A stretch of DNA of 64,000 nucleotides, taken from positions 32,001 to 96,000 of the IMG/VR virus record IMGVR_UViG_3300020054_000866. One strand, given 5' to 3'. Below the pieces are notes generated by a model. That model saw only the letters and a program-made list of their open reading frames with translations. It had not been told where the DNA came from and searched no databases. Position numbers and translations under genes: made by a program. Source of the DNA: a virus. Below, one piece after another: positions 37,120 through 46,800 of this stretch; position 1 is the stretch's first letter; every line of letters starts with the position of its first letter.

Positions 37120-38484
37120 TCACGAGCCAATCGTGTACGTAGAAACGACGTTAGACGCAAGAGCGATTCTTAGATTTCCAGAAGTAACGTACACTGTTTC
37201 TTCTGCACCGCCACTTGTTCTTGTTGCGTATAGGTCCCACGAGCCGCTGTCAATCATTCCCAGCACTGATAGAGCGTCCTCGTACGTAACAGTTACAGTA
37301 AGCCTGTCGTCAGTTACCGACTCAGCAGTTCCAGCTACAGCAGTTTCCGCGACGTCTGATGCGACCCTGTCGTACGTAAATGTTGTAGACGTCGGGACGG
37401 TCTCAATGGTGTACGTGCCATCGAACGTTGAATCGATGCCTGAAACTACAACCTCAGTACCGACATAGAATCCGTGGTTCGACGATGTAGTTAGCGTAAC
37501 AAGATTAGAAGAAAGCTCGGCAGTTGACACAGACACTGTTGTCGGCGTTGGGTCAGTAATAGTGGCTGCCCCTTCGAGCTCTAGCGACTCGGTCTCGGCG
37601 TAGCTTCTGATGTACACTTTAGTCGACCACCCGCCTGCGGCTAAGAACAGAGCGTTTAGCGAAGAAAGAGAGACGTCTGTGCTGCCTGAGCCGCTGCTTG
37701 CTGAGACGTCAATATCTGCAATGCCGCTCGGGTACTTCAATGGCTTGGGCGCATTGCGCCTAGCTCTTGGAACATCTGGCGTAAACACTCTTGCGCGGGC
37801 CCTGGCTCGATCCGGGTTAGACGCTCTTAAGAACAGGTCAACGGCGTATATGCCAGTTTTAAGTTCGTCGATAAAGTCTTGATTGTCAAGAATAGTGTAG
37901 GAAACACCCTGTCTTGATATAGAAGTTACACGCTCTGGAAGATCGCACGGGTCGCCAGCCCACAGTTTTGCGAACTCCATCGCAAGTGTTCTTGCGGCCA
38001 TCTTACCAATGGTTGGCGGTTCTACTCCGTAGGAGTAAGTGACTTCAATGTTGCAAGGTGTCCACGCAACACCGTCTCGTGCTTGAAGTGTTGAGTGATC
38101 GACTAGATAGTATTTGTCTGGGCTGATTATAGTGCCCACTCTGTTTCTTACTGTGTGAATCTTAGTCACAGGCCGACCGCGAAGACGAATACGTGAAGAC
38201 GGTGTAGTACCGTCTGAGGTCATGTCTTCATAAAAGTCAATGTCGTCTGAGTAGTAATTGTACATGTCGCCTTCGATAAGAGCAGCCTCAATGTTTCTGT
38301 AGCTTGGCCCAAATCTAAACGACCGACCCGCGCAAATGTAGCGCTCAGTTACCGTAGTCGTCCCGCTATACTTTCTTCCAGACAACGCCCAGAGAAGATT
38401 AGAAGCCGATTTCGCCGCTTCGTATGAAAACTCAGTCTCAGCGTAGTCGCCAAGTTCTTCTGGCGTAACCCATAAATTTGGCAT
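37120..38484 (-). CDS. Head-to-tail adaptor with C-terminal accessory domains
   Basis: A...LWALSGR.Y, VTY.YG..PP..G..A...LA.E.AK...C.LP.RVTSISRQGVS, TG...VD.F....NP. Confidence 0.8.
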   Translation of the reverse strand: MPNLWVTPEELGDYAETEFSYEAAKSASNLLWALSGRKYSGTTTVTERYICAGRSFRFGPSYRNIEAALIEGDMYNYYSDDIDFYEDMTSDGTTPSSRIRLRGRPVTKIHTVRNRVGTIISPDKYYLVDHSTLQARDGVAWTPCNIEVTYSYGVEPPTIGKMAARTLAMEFAKLWAGDPCDLPERVTSISRQGVSYTILDNQDFIDELKTGIYAVDLFLRASNPDRARARARVFTPDVPRARRNAPKPLKYPSGIADIDVSASSGSGSTDVSLSSLNALFLAAGGWSTKVYIRSYAETESLELEGAATITDPTPTTVSVSTAELSSNLVTLTTSSNHGFYVGTEVVVSGIDSTFDGTYTIETVPTSTTFTYDRVASDVAETAVAGTAESVTDDRLTVTVTYEDALSVLGMIDSGSWDLYATRTSGGAEETVYVTSGNLRIALASNVVSTYTIGS

Positions 38485-38510
38485 CGTTCTCTACCTCTTT
38501 TGCAGCAAAT

Positions 38511-38557
38511 GCAGACGGCGCGTCCTATGTATTCTATACACAGAACGCGCCGCCTAC
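38511..38557 (-). terminator. Long hairpin after the major tail gene
   Basis: Minus strand CGGCGCGTTCTGTGTAT-AGA-ATACATAGGACGCGCCG; 17+ bp stem with G-U pairs; weak U tract. Confidence 0.55.
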
Positions 38558-38571
38558 CAGGTAGTTTAGAC

Positions 38572-39615
38572 TCAGGCTACTGGGTCCTCTGTTGAAGCAA
38601 TGATGAAGTCGATGTCCTCATCGGCGTTGTAGTCCGTGGCTCCAGGTACGTTGTACTCAGTGGTTGAACCCTGAGAAGTAAAGTCACTGACCGCGCGGCT
38701 GTTCTTCGCGACGTCGGCTGTGCCACTGTCAGCAGTAGACGCGATATCGGACGCAGTCTTAGCGTACGTAAACGTTGTTGTCGATGGGACATCGACGATT
38801 GTAAACGTGCCGTTAAGATCTGTGTTCGTGAGACCAGCAACAACAACTGTGTCGCCAGCGGCAAAGTTATGAGCCGCCGCTGTAGTGATTGTCGCGACGT
38901 TCGACGTGAGCTCGACATTATTGACTGTCGCGCTGAGATCGCCGTGCCATGTGTAGAAGCCCTTGCGGCCAGTCGGCGCCCAGTCTGAACGAGCGTAGGC
39001 GTACGGACGCTCTGTCGCAGTTGCGAACTCCCAGCGGTCGTCGAGGCCGTCGCCGAACGCTGAGTTACCGAGACCATAGCCCTCAAACGTTGTCGCGATC
39101 ATGCCGTTTTCGATGACGCGATCGCCAGAGAGGCGAAGTCGACAGTATGGGAACACCCAATGGAAGTACGGGTTGGTCGCAGCGCGCTTGCCGTCGGCAA
39201 CCGCGAATGACCAACACTCGATCGCAACACCGAGACCGGAGGGATCGTCACCAACACCAGGAGACGCCCAGCCGATGCTCTTACGGTCGGGGCTAACAAA
39301 CGTGCCGTAGTTCTTGCGAAGAAGAAGGCCGCTTGACATGAGCTGAGTCAGCTCTGGGTCTGGCTCACAGATCGCTAGCTCCATGGTGACTCTCTTCAGA
39401 GTGTCTGGGGCCTGATATGAAACGCAGATGGTGCCGTCAGCGGACTTTTCAGTGATCTCATCGCCAGCCTCGTACTCAGGCGTAAACGACAAGCGCATAA
39501 ACGCTGACGTGGTGTAGCTATCACCATCGTTGTTTAGAAGGTTACCGGCGGCATCAAGACGCGTCACGCGAATTGACACACCCTGGATGCTCGCGGCGTA
39601 GTCTTGGGTCGCCAT
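38572..39615 (-). CDS. Major tail protein with C-terminal accessory domain
   Basis: G..IRVTRLD..G, E.GDEI..K.A.G..C, L..C..DP, A.E.WS, Y..WVFP; AAGGAG SD. Confidence 0.85.
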   Translation of the reverse strand: MATQDYAASIQGVSIRVTRLDAAGNLLNNDGDSYTTSAFMRLSFTPEYEAGDEITEKSADGTICVSYQAPDTLKRVTMELAICEPDPELTQLMSSGLLLRKNYGTFVSPDRKSIGWASPGVGDDPSGLGVAIECWSFAVADGKRAATNPYFHWVFPYCRLRLSGDRVIENGMIATTFEGYGLGNSAFGDGLDDRWEFATATERPYAYARSDWAPTGRKGFYTWHGDLSATVNNVELTSNVATITTAAAHNFAAGDTVVVAGLTNTDLNGTFTIVDVPSTTTFTYAKTASDIASTADSGTADVAKNSRAVSDFTSQGSTTEYNVPGATDYNADEDIDFIIASTEDPVA

Positions 39616-39658
39616 TTCTGTTTATCTCCTTCAGTGAGGCGGTGTTCTAGTTCCTATT

Positions 39659-40753
39659 TTAGACGGTCAAATCGACCTTGACTGTGTAGTGTATCGCTGG
39701 ATCGAAGTAGACCGCTGCTGGGCGCAGGGCCTTGATTAGCATGTCATTTTGGTTTCCAGACACGTTATATCCCTGAGCTAATGTCTCATTGACAACTTCT
39801 GGCTTACCAAGATGAACGTCTACACAGCCAGTGGCGAAAATCCACTTCGTAGTTGTTGATCCGACCATTTGTGCAAGCCCTGATGCAGACGTAGAGGTTA
39901 CGTTCGCCGCTGTCTTAGCGTAAGTGAACGTGGTAGACGTGGGGGTACCGGTCACGGTGAACGTCCCATTGAATGTTGAATCAACACCAGAAACACTTAC
40001 AGTGTCGCCGGTAGTCAAATTGTGGGTAGCAGATGTTGTCAATGTGGCAACGTTGCTAGTAAGAGCTTTGTTAGTGACTGCCACAAATGGACCGTCACCA
40101 GTGTAGCCAGAGCCAACAATCACTGGAGTTCCGTTAACTGTCTCCAAGTGCTCTCGACCGTCGGAGTTCTTAACTCTAATAAGCGGCCCGTCGGACACTG
40201 CCTGAATTGCAACATCTCTAGATACGTGAATCACTCCCTGCTCCCCAGCAGGCGATCCTGCCATGGCGCCCTCAAGAATAGCAATCGCGCGCCAGGCTGA
40301 GACTGGTGTCGAAGCCGATGACCCAGCAGCAAGAGTGTACTCGCCGGCTTCTGTCAGATATTGACTAGTAGTCGAATCACTTCTTACTACGTAGCCATTC
40401 CATAGCTCTCGCTCAACAGCTTTCTGTGTAGCTGCCTCGAGCTGCTTGACAACTAACGCCATTCGATCTTCACCAGTAAGACCAAATGTAGATCTTGAGT
40501 CTTCTACTTCGATGAAGAATGGCTTGACTTCAACATACTGCGCCAGCCCAGTGCCGTTGAAAATCTCGTGCGCTGACGTGCCGGTGTCCTCGAGAAGGCG
40601 AACGGTCGGCTCAGAATCGTATTCGAAAGAGAATCCACGAATCCAGCGCTCGTCGTACGCCCTTGCGGTGTGAGACATCACACGGGCGACGCTGAGAATA
40701 CCAAAGACAGATGGCTTTAACTCCGATGCAGGGTATACACCGCGAAATGCCAT
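39659..40753 (-). CDS. Major capsid pentamer protein
   Basis: Directly follows the hexamer gene; FG..SVA, W..G, PF, L.......VE..LW.G, A.A.LE, G.IH, T..GTPV..G.GY, W.FATG.V. Confidence 0.7.
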   Translation of the reverse strand: MAFRGVYPASELKPSVFGILSVARVMSHTARAYDERWIRGFSFEYDSEPTVRLLEDTGTSAHEIFNGTGLAQYVEVKPFFIEVEDSRSTFGLTGEDRMALVVKQLEAATQKAVERELWNGYVVRSDSTTSQYLTEAGEYTLAAGSSASTPVSAWRAIAILEGAMAGSPAGEQGVIHVSRDVAIQAVSDGPLIRVKNSDGREHLETVNGTPVIVGSGYTGDGPFVAVTNKALTSNVATLTTSATHNLTTGDTVSVSGVDSTFNGTFTVTGTPTSTTFTYAKTAANVTSTSASGLAQMVGSTTTKWIFATGCVDVHLGKPEVVNETLAQGYNVSGNQNDMLIKALRPAAVYFDPAIHYTVKVDLTV

Positions 40754-40821
40754 TTTATTCTCCTTTGGTCCTCAACGCCGCCCGTGGATGTACTACTTAT
40801 TTCTTGTGACTATTACTGGGA

Positions 40822-42855
40822 TCAGTACTCGATCGCAGCAGCCGCGGCGCCGCCAGTCGTGTCACGGAGGGCCGCAGCCACACCGTTGACCGAGATGGTG
40901 GATGTCACGACGAGCGACTCAATACCAACCTTAGCAACACCCTCGAAGGTCTCAACGAACATCTTGTAGTCGTTGGTGCCAACCAGTGTAGAGTCACGGA
41001 TGATTCCGAGGTCCAGCGTGCCGCCGTCGAGGAACAGGAACGTTCCCTCGGCGAACAAGTACCAGGTGAAGGTGTCGCCGAACTCGTTCAGCGCGCCTGC
41101 GCTCTGGGCGCCAGCAACGTTGAGGTCATGTGAGTACGTGACGTTGACGTTGCGAGCCGCGAGGTAGCCGTCGATCTCACCGGCAGCCGCCATGGTGTCG
41201 TCACCAGGCATCGCAAGTGTGAGGTCGGCAACCATAGCGTCCTTGATCCAGTGAGGAGCAACGACGCGGAGCTGCGCGCTTGAGTCGAGACGGTGACGGC
41301 TGCGGTATAGAGCCGCGGCGCGACCGACCTGAACTAGGAAGTCACGAGCCACGCCGATGAGGCTGGTGGACGTGACCGCTGTTGAACCGCTGGTGAGCTT
41401 ACCGAGCAGGTACTGCTCAGCCTCACGGGCGTGCTGAATCAGAGCGAGCTCGTTGTGACGAGCGACGAGCTCTGGGTACGCACGTGTCATGAGATTGCCG
41501 AACTGGAGCTGCAGGGTCACAGCGTCGGTAGCGACGGTGGTCTCTGTAGCCGCAGTGACGGTGAGGCTGTCCTTAGTGGAGGAAGCCGCGATGTCATCAG
41601 CGTTTGTCCAGACACCGACAGCGTTCGCGTGATCAGCGAGCACCGGCGGGACGATGTAGCGAATGCCGCCACGATCGGCCTGGAAACGAGGCAGCGAGTC
41701 ACGGACCGGACGATCGCCAACACCGAATCCGAAGATGTCGTACTTGACCTCGAACGGGGTGCTGTGACCACCAGAAGCGACGAGAGCCTCTGGGCCGGAC
41801 ACTTCCTTGATCTTCGTGATGTTGCTGTCAACGTCCTGACCGAGCACGCGGGACTCCGGGTACTTGGTTGTGAATGAAGCAACGATGTGCTGCTCGCCGT
41901 CGCCACCCTTAACACGGCGAAGACCGTGCAGACGGGAGACGAACGCCTCAGCGACCTCGTTGACGTTGCTAAGTGTCGCGCCGGCCGTGTAGCCAGGGAT
42001 GTCAGCGCCAGCGGTGATCACCACTGGAGCCGCAGCCTCGGTCTGTACGGGACGACGGTCTTCTGGAGCCTGGACTTCTACATCCATGCCCTCATCTGCG
42101 GCGGCAGTCATTGGTGCCTCCTGACCTTCCTGCTCTTCCTGAGCGATTTCAATGTTTTCTGATTGGAGTTCAGCAGCTGTCTCGGTCTCCTCAACAGCAA
42201 CTTCTTCAGTCTGGAGTTCAGCAGCTGTCTCGGTCTCCTCAACAGCAACTTCTTCAGTCTGGAGTTCAGCCTCGGGCGCCTCTTCAGCAACCTCTTCCTC
42301 AACGGCAAGCTCGGCCTCTGGCTCAACCTCAGCGGCAGCTTCGTCAGGGGCCGCAGCCTCTTCCTCAGCGTCTTCCTCTGGGTCGCCAGCGGCAACTACC
42401 GCCTCGTCAGAAGCAGCCTCTTCGGCAGCCTCGGCAACTTGTTCATCTTGTGTGGTCGAAAGCTCAGCCTCTACCTCAGTGTCAGTTGAAGCGACAGACA
42501 TTGACTTCTCCTCTTCTTTCTCTTCCTCGGGCATGTCTGGAGTTTCCTCCATGTCCGATTCTGGAGCTTCAGCGGTGTCATCCATGTCACCCTCTCCATC
42601 CTTCATGCCCTTGACACGGTATGCGGCCTCGGCGGCGCGTGCAGCGAGCTCTTCAGCAAGTGCAGTGCGACGCTTCGACTCATCGCGAACGGTGTCAAGC
42701 ATGTCGGCGAGAGTTGTCATCTTCTCTACTGACTCTGGAGTAGGATCTTCACCCTCGACCGCTTCAAACTCGCCTACAATTGCATCCTGAAGCTCGATTA
42801 CTTGATCATCGGTCAGTTCAGCAATCGTGTCGAGCATTTGCTTGATACGGTCCAC
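40822..42855 (-). CDS. Major capsid (hexamer) protein with N-terminal scaffold-like acidic region
   Basis: ALVASGG...P....YD, RPVRD.LP.FQA.RGG, GN...RAYPE, G.F..LDGG.LDLGI.RDS.L...NDY..F.E.FE; GGAGG SD. Confidence 0.88.
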   Translation of the reverse strand: MDRIKQMLDTIAELTDDQVIELQDAIVGEFEAVEGEDPTPESVEKMTTLADMLDTVRDESKRRTALAEELAARAAEAAYRVKGMKDGEGDMDDTAEAPESDMEETPDMPEEEKEEEKSMSVASTDTEVEAELSTTQDEQVAEAAEEAASDEAVVAAGDPEEDAEEEAAAPDEAAAEVEPEAELAVEEEVAEEAPEAELQTEEVAVEETETAAELQTEEVAVEETETAAELQSENIEIAQEEQEGQEAPMTAAADEGMDVEVQAPEDRRPVQTEAAAPVVITAGADIPGYTAGATLSNVNEVAEAFVSRLHGLRRVKGGDGEQHIVASFTTKYPESRVLGQDVDSNITKIKEVSGPEALVASGGHSTPFEVKYDIFGFGVGDRPVRDSLPRFQADRGGIRYIVPPVLADHANAVGVWTNADDIAASSTKDSLTVTAATETTVATDAVTLQLQFGNLMTRAYPELVARHNELALIQHAREAEQYLLGKLTSGSTAVTSTSLIGVARDFLVQVGRAAALYRSRHRLDSSAQLRVVAPHWIKDAMVADLTLAMPGDDTMAAAGEIDGYLAARNVNVTYSHDLNVAGAQSAGALNEFGDTFTWYLFAEGTFLFLDGGTLDLGIIRDSTLVGTNDYKMFVETFEGVAKVGIESLVVTSTISVNGVAAALRDTTGGAAAAAIEY
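42164..42270. repeat. Perfect 48-bp tandem repeat (2.2 copies) in the capsid gene
   Basis: TGGAGTTCAGCAGCTGTCTCGGTCTCCTCAACAGCAACTTCTTCAGTC starts at 42164 and 42212, partial copy at 42260; encodes ELQTEEVAVEETETAA. Confidence 0.95.
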
Positions 42856-42856
42856 T

Positions 42857-42926
42857 GTCCCTCCTCCGGGCCAGTCACGGCAACATCACTATAATGTTGC
42901 CTCGGGTTTCTGTCCAAGGGAGGGAC
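42857..42926 (-). promoter_or_regulatory. Structured 5' leader of the capsid gene
   Basis: GTCCCTCC (42857-64) / GGAGGGAC (42919-26) inverted pair encloses the GGCAACAT/ATGTTGCC hairpin (42879-42901). Confidence 0.5.
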
Positions 42927-42977
42927 TCAAGCCATGGAAGGCAGAGGCACTCTCCTAGAAAACATTGTAACATATAA

Positions 42978-43541
42978 CTAGGTTAGTAGGCGCAGAAGAG
43001 TGCTCATTTCAGAAGAAACTTCCCCCTGAGAAAAGACGTCACTTCCAGACATATATCCTTTAAGTTTCTTTGTTGGCTCTTCTGCATCTTCGGCGCCGAT
43101 CTTCTCTTCTACTCTGCTGATCATGTCTTTGACAAGATCTCGCAGTACTGGCGGAAGATCACTGAACTTAACTTTCTCGACTTCCTCGCCGAACGGCAGC
43201 GGAAGATTCGCCATGACTTCTCCTAGAAGTCTAGCCGATTCCCTAACGTTTTCAAGGGATGTGGCGTTTAATGCGCCTTCATCAAGTCTCGTTAGTAGCG
43301 TTTGCAGTTTCGCGGCGCTTGCCGCGGCAGCAGCGTAGTTTCCAGCACTATCGAGGTTCTCAAGCTCCTCAACACGTTCTACAGCGCGTTGAAGACCTGA
43401 CGTACCGAGGTTCTCTTTGATCCTAGCGAGAACAACACGAAACTTACCCTTTGCGTCTCGTGGTTGATCGACTCCCGAGGTATAGATAGTGTTTTCGCGG
43501 TCATATTTTGCCGCAGCAGAAACTGCTTTTACACCCGTCAT
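42978..43541 (-). CDS. Head-associated hypothetical protein with QPRD.KG.F motif
   Basis: Between protease and capsid genes; ATGA overlap. Confidence 0.65.
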   Translation of the reverse strand: MTGVKAVSAAAKYDRENTIYTSGVDQPRDAKGKFRVVLARIKENLGTSGLQRAVERVEELENLDSAGNYAAAAASAAKLQTLLTRLDEGALNATSLENVRESARLLGEVMANLPLPFGEEVEKVKFSDLPPVLRDLVKDMISRVEEKIGAEDAEEPTKKLKGYMSGSDVFSQGEVSSEMSTLLRLLT

Positions 43542-43825
43542 TCTGAGGTCTTACCTTTCACTACACCGTCGGGAATTAGGGCAAATCTGCAATATCCCAT
43601 GGGTTCGACTTCCGCTGAGATGATTTTGCACTCAGTGCCTCCCGCGTAGAGAATACAGTTTTGGCAGGTGACGCCAATTTCAGCATTCTCATTTTCAGCC
43701 GCAGTTTCGTATCCAGCCCAGACACCGGTATCATCTTCGTTGAACTTGCCGTACTTCTGAGTTATCGCAATTAGCGCGTCAGCAAGCTCTTGCTCTTCTG
43801 CAATGATTTTGCCAACGGCAATCAC
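43538..43825 (-). CDS. HiPIP-like Cys4 protein
   Basis: C-terminal CQNC..Y.....C......V.P.GYC pattern. Confidence 0.6.
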   Translation of the reverse strand: MIAVGKIIAEEQELADALIAITQKYGKFNEDDTGVWAGYETAAENENAEIGVTCQNCILYAGGTECKIISAEVEPMGYCRFALIPDGVVKGKTSE

Positions 43826-46800
43826 TGCATCGGCGGCGCTTTTGGGTCAGCATCACCACTCTCAACGGCAGCACGAATCGTAAGGCTCTGCACTCTTGCC
43901 TTGATGCCATCAACAACGTCGTCGTCTACGAGACCTGCGTTCTTCCACTTCTCTGGGATAAGGTCAGCTCGCTTGAGAGAACGCGCGCGCTTCATAATGT
44001 GACGGCGCACCGCGGCTCGCTTGCTCGGCTTTGAGCGTCCGTACGCTTGAATCGCGTCCTTGAGCTCCTCGATATTTCTGATCGGGTACGAACCGTCCGG
44101 AAGAGCCTTACCCTCTTTAGCAAGCTTTTCGCGCGTCTTGGTCGAGATGTATCCGAGCTCATCGTACGCGAACGTGCTACGCACCCTGTTAGAAAGCTCT
44201 TCGGCCTTAGACTTAGTATCTTCACTAACTACCGAGAGTTTTTCAAGAGCGTCAAGTCTCTTCTTCATGTCCTGAAGAGGGTCGCTCTTCATTCTCGCCA
44301 GTGTAGACGCACCGGCAGCAACAAGAGCGTATACCTGGCCACTCGCTACTCGAGCTCTAGCGATTGGGAAGCCGGGGACGTTGACCTGACACACGGCGAC
44401 GAGCTCTAGCGAACCACCAATAGGCCGCCAGTCACCGGACGGCGCAGAAGCGCGAAGAGCTCTGATCTGCTCAGGCGTGGCTGTAGTGCGAAGAGAGCCA
44501 GCTACCCAGATGCCATATGAATCTTCCCCAGCGTGCACGTCGGCGATGGCAGAGCCAGTGTCGTCGTAGTGACGTGCTGCGTCTGAAGCGCTAGCCTCGA
44601 GAGGCGCGTGACCGCCGGCGAGAGTTAACTGCCCGACTGGGTAGTCGTTGCCGTCATCTGCTCGGAGAACTCCTGTATGGAAGTACGAGTACTTGCTCTT
44701 GCTTCTCGGTGGCTTTGTCCCGTACGCCATTCCGATGTGATCAACGTGCCATGCAGCGATATGGCCGTACACTTGACCCTCGTCTGTCACTGTAAGCGGC
44801 GTCGCCTTAGTGAGCTTGGGGTTCTGGAACCATTCGGCGGGCGGAACAATAGGTATCGAGCCAGCAACCATGCCACAGGCGACTAGCGCCTGTGCGTCAA
44901 GATCGTTGAGGTCCTCGACGTAGATTCCGTCAGGGGTGACTTCCATTTCTTCCTCCTGAGACTGAAGATCTTCGCTATCTTCGTCTTCTATGTAGATCCT
45001 GCATTCCTGGAACGCTGGCTTAGGTACTATTGTAACTGCCATTACTCGGGCCTTATCGACCTCGATTTTCCCTCCGCCGATCTTCTTGACCTTTTTCTTG
45101 ACCTCTTCAAGAAGCTCTTCCGCTTTTTCATCAGAGTCGTCGCCAAGAATTTCGTCGTCGTCATCATCACTTTCGCTGGCCTCGAACATGTCCAGGTCCG
45201 CCGATACTCCTCGGATGAATCCGTTTTTCACAAGACGCTCTGCCTCGGCGCCGTACGCGCCCGTGTCGAAGACGCCATACGCGTTTCCGATCCCGTCATC
45301 AGTTCGCTCCATGTGATCAATTCGACCAACAACAACAGATCCGTTGTGCCCATCGCCTGTCTTGATCTGCCACAGAAGCGGCAGCGGGAGCTCACGGAGA
45401 GTGATCGCGCCTTTCTTAAAGACTCTTCCGTCTCCGGTTTCTGCACCTTCTGGGATTACGAGAGGGATCTTGAACTTACACCCGCCGTAAGAATTCTTAT
45501 AGCCTCCGGCGACAAGAACTCTGCTCTTCGCGTCAGCGACTTTTGCTCGTAGAATGCTTGTCTCGATGATCTGCTCTTCAGAAAGAACATCGTACAGATC
45601 TTCAGCGCTTCCGCGAACGCTCTTCTTCTTCTTTCCAACGTTGTACTTACTGCCAGGCCAGACTCCAGTCATCTCCTTGTGACGAAGTGAGCAGTAGCCT
45701 TTCGCGCGAGGGCCCATGTACTTACGTAGATGGCGGTAGCAACGTGTCCAATCGCCTGGAGTGTTCCAGCGAATCTTAAGAGCGCCGCGGCCAATTGTCC
45801 AATATCTTCTGAGCTTCTCAGCTTTGCCGCGATTTCTATCAAGGCCGCCGGCAGCCATCAGGGTGTTCAACGGCTCAACACCGTACATCTCAAGGAGACG
45901 TCTCTCATTTTCATCAAACACGTAGACGTAGTTCCCAGACGCCGTCATCGTTTGATCGACCTGGGCCAAAACGTCATCGTAGACCTCGCCTGTAAGAGCG
46001 ACTACAGGCGGAGGTGTTGCTGATGTTAGGTCAGCAAGAATCTGCTCGTCCTTAACCCATTCACCGTCTTCGCGAATAAACGTTGTCGGTGATGTCGATG
46101 TAGACGACGCTGGAACTACGCTTACAAGATCCATGACCGCTTGCGGATCATCAGGTGAGACTATAGCGACGTACATTGGCTCGACGTCGCTTGTCTCTGG
46201 TGTAAGCTCTTCACCAGGCTTAGACGGTTCAACGGTGTTTTCGTTGATGTCGTACGCGGTAGACGTTATTGGACTGTACCAAATCTTACTTTCTTTTGGC
46301 TTCTTTTTAAAGTAGTCCTGAAGAAGCGGATGATGCTCTGCTCTTTTAGTGAACAGCTCTTCTCCGCTCTCTCTTTCCATGTTGCGAATGTAGTCGGACT
46401 TTTGATACTCCGGCGCGCGATCGCCAGCAGGTTGAATTTTCTGCCCACGGACACGCTTATCTTGTAGATCGGCCCCGCCGCTGCGCTGCTCCATTACCCA
46501 CGCTGGATAATTATTGACAATTTTTTGTAGGTCCTCAGAGCGTAGTGCTGGTAGACCGCCAGGAATTGCTGCCTTTGGTCTGTCAATCGGCGCGCGTGGC
46601 TCGCCAAGAATTCCTCGAGTATCGAGCGGCATCCCAGGTGTATCGGTGAGAGGGCCAGTCTGCATCGCCGGCTGTGTACCCTCCGCCTGGACCCTGTTCG
46701 CACGAACTGTCTGACTTGAGCCATCGTCCATCTTCAGAGTGACGCTCTGAGTGTCTGGGTCAATCCCGCTAATCGAGCCGGACTTCGACGCATCGCCGTC

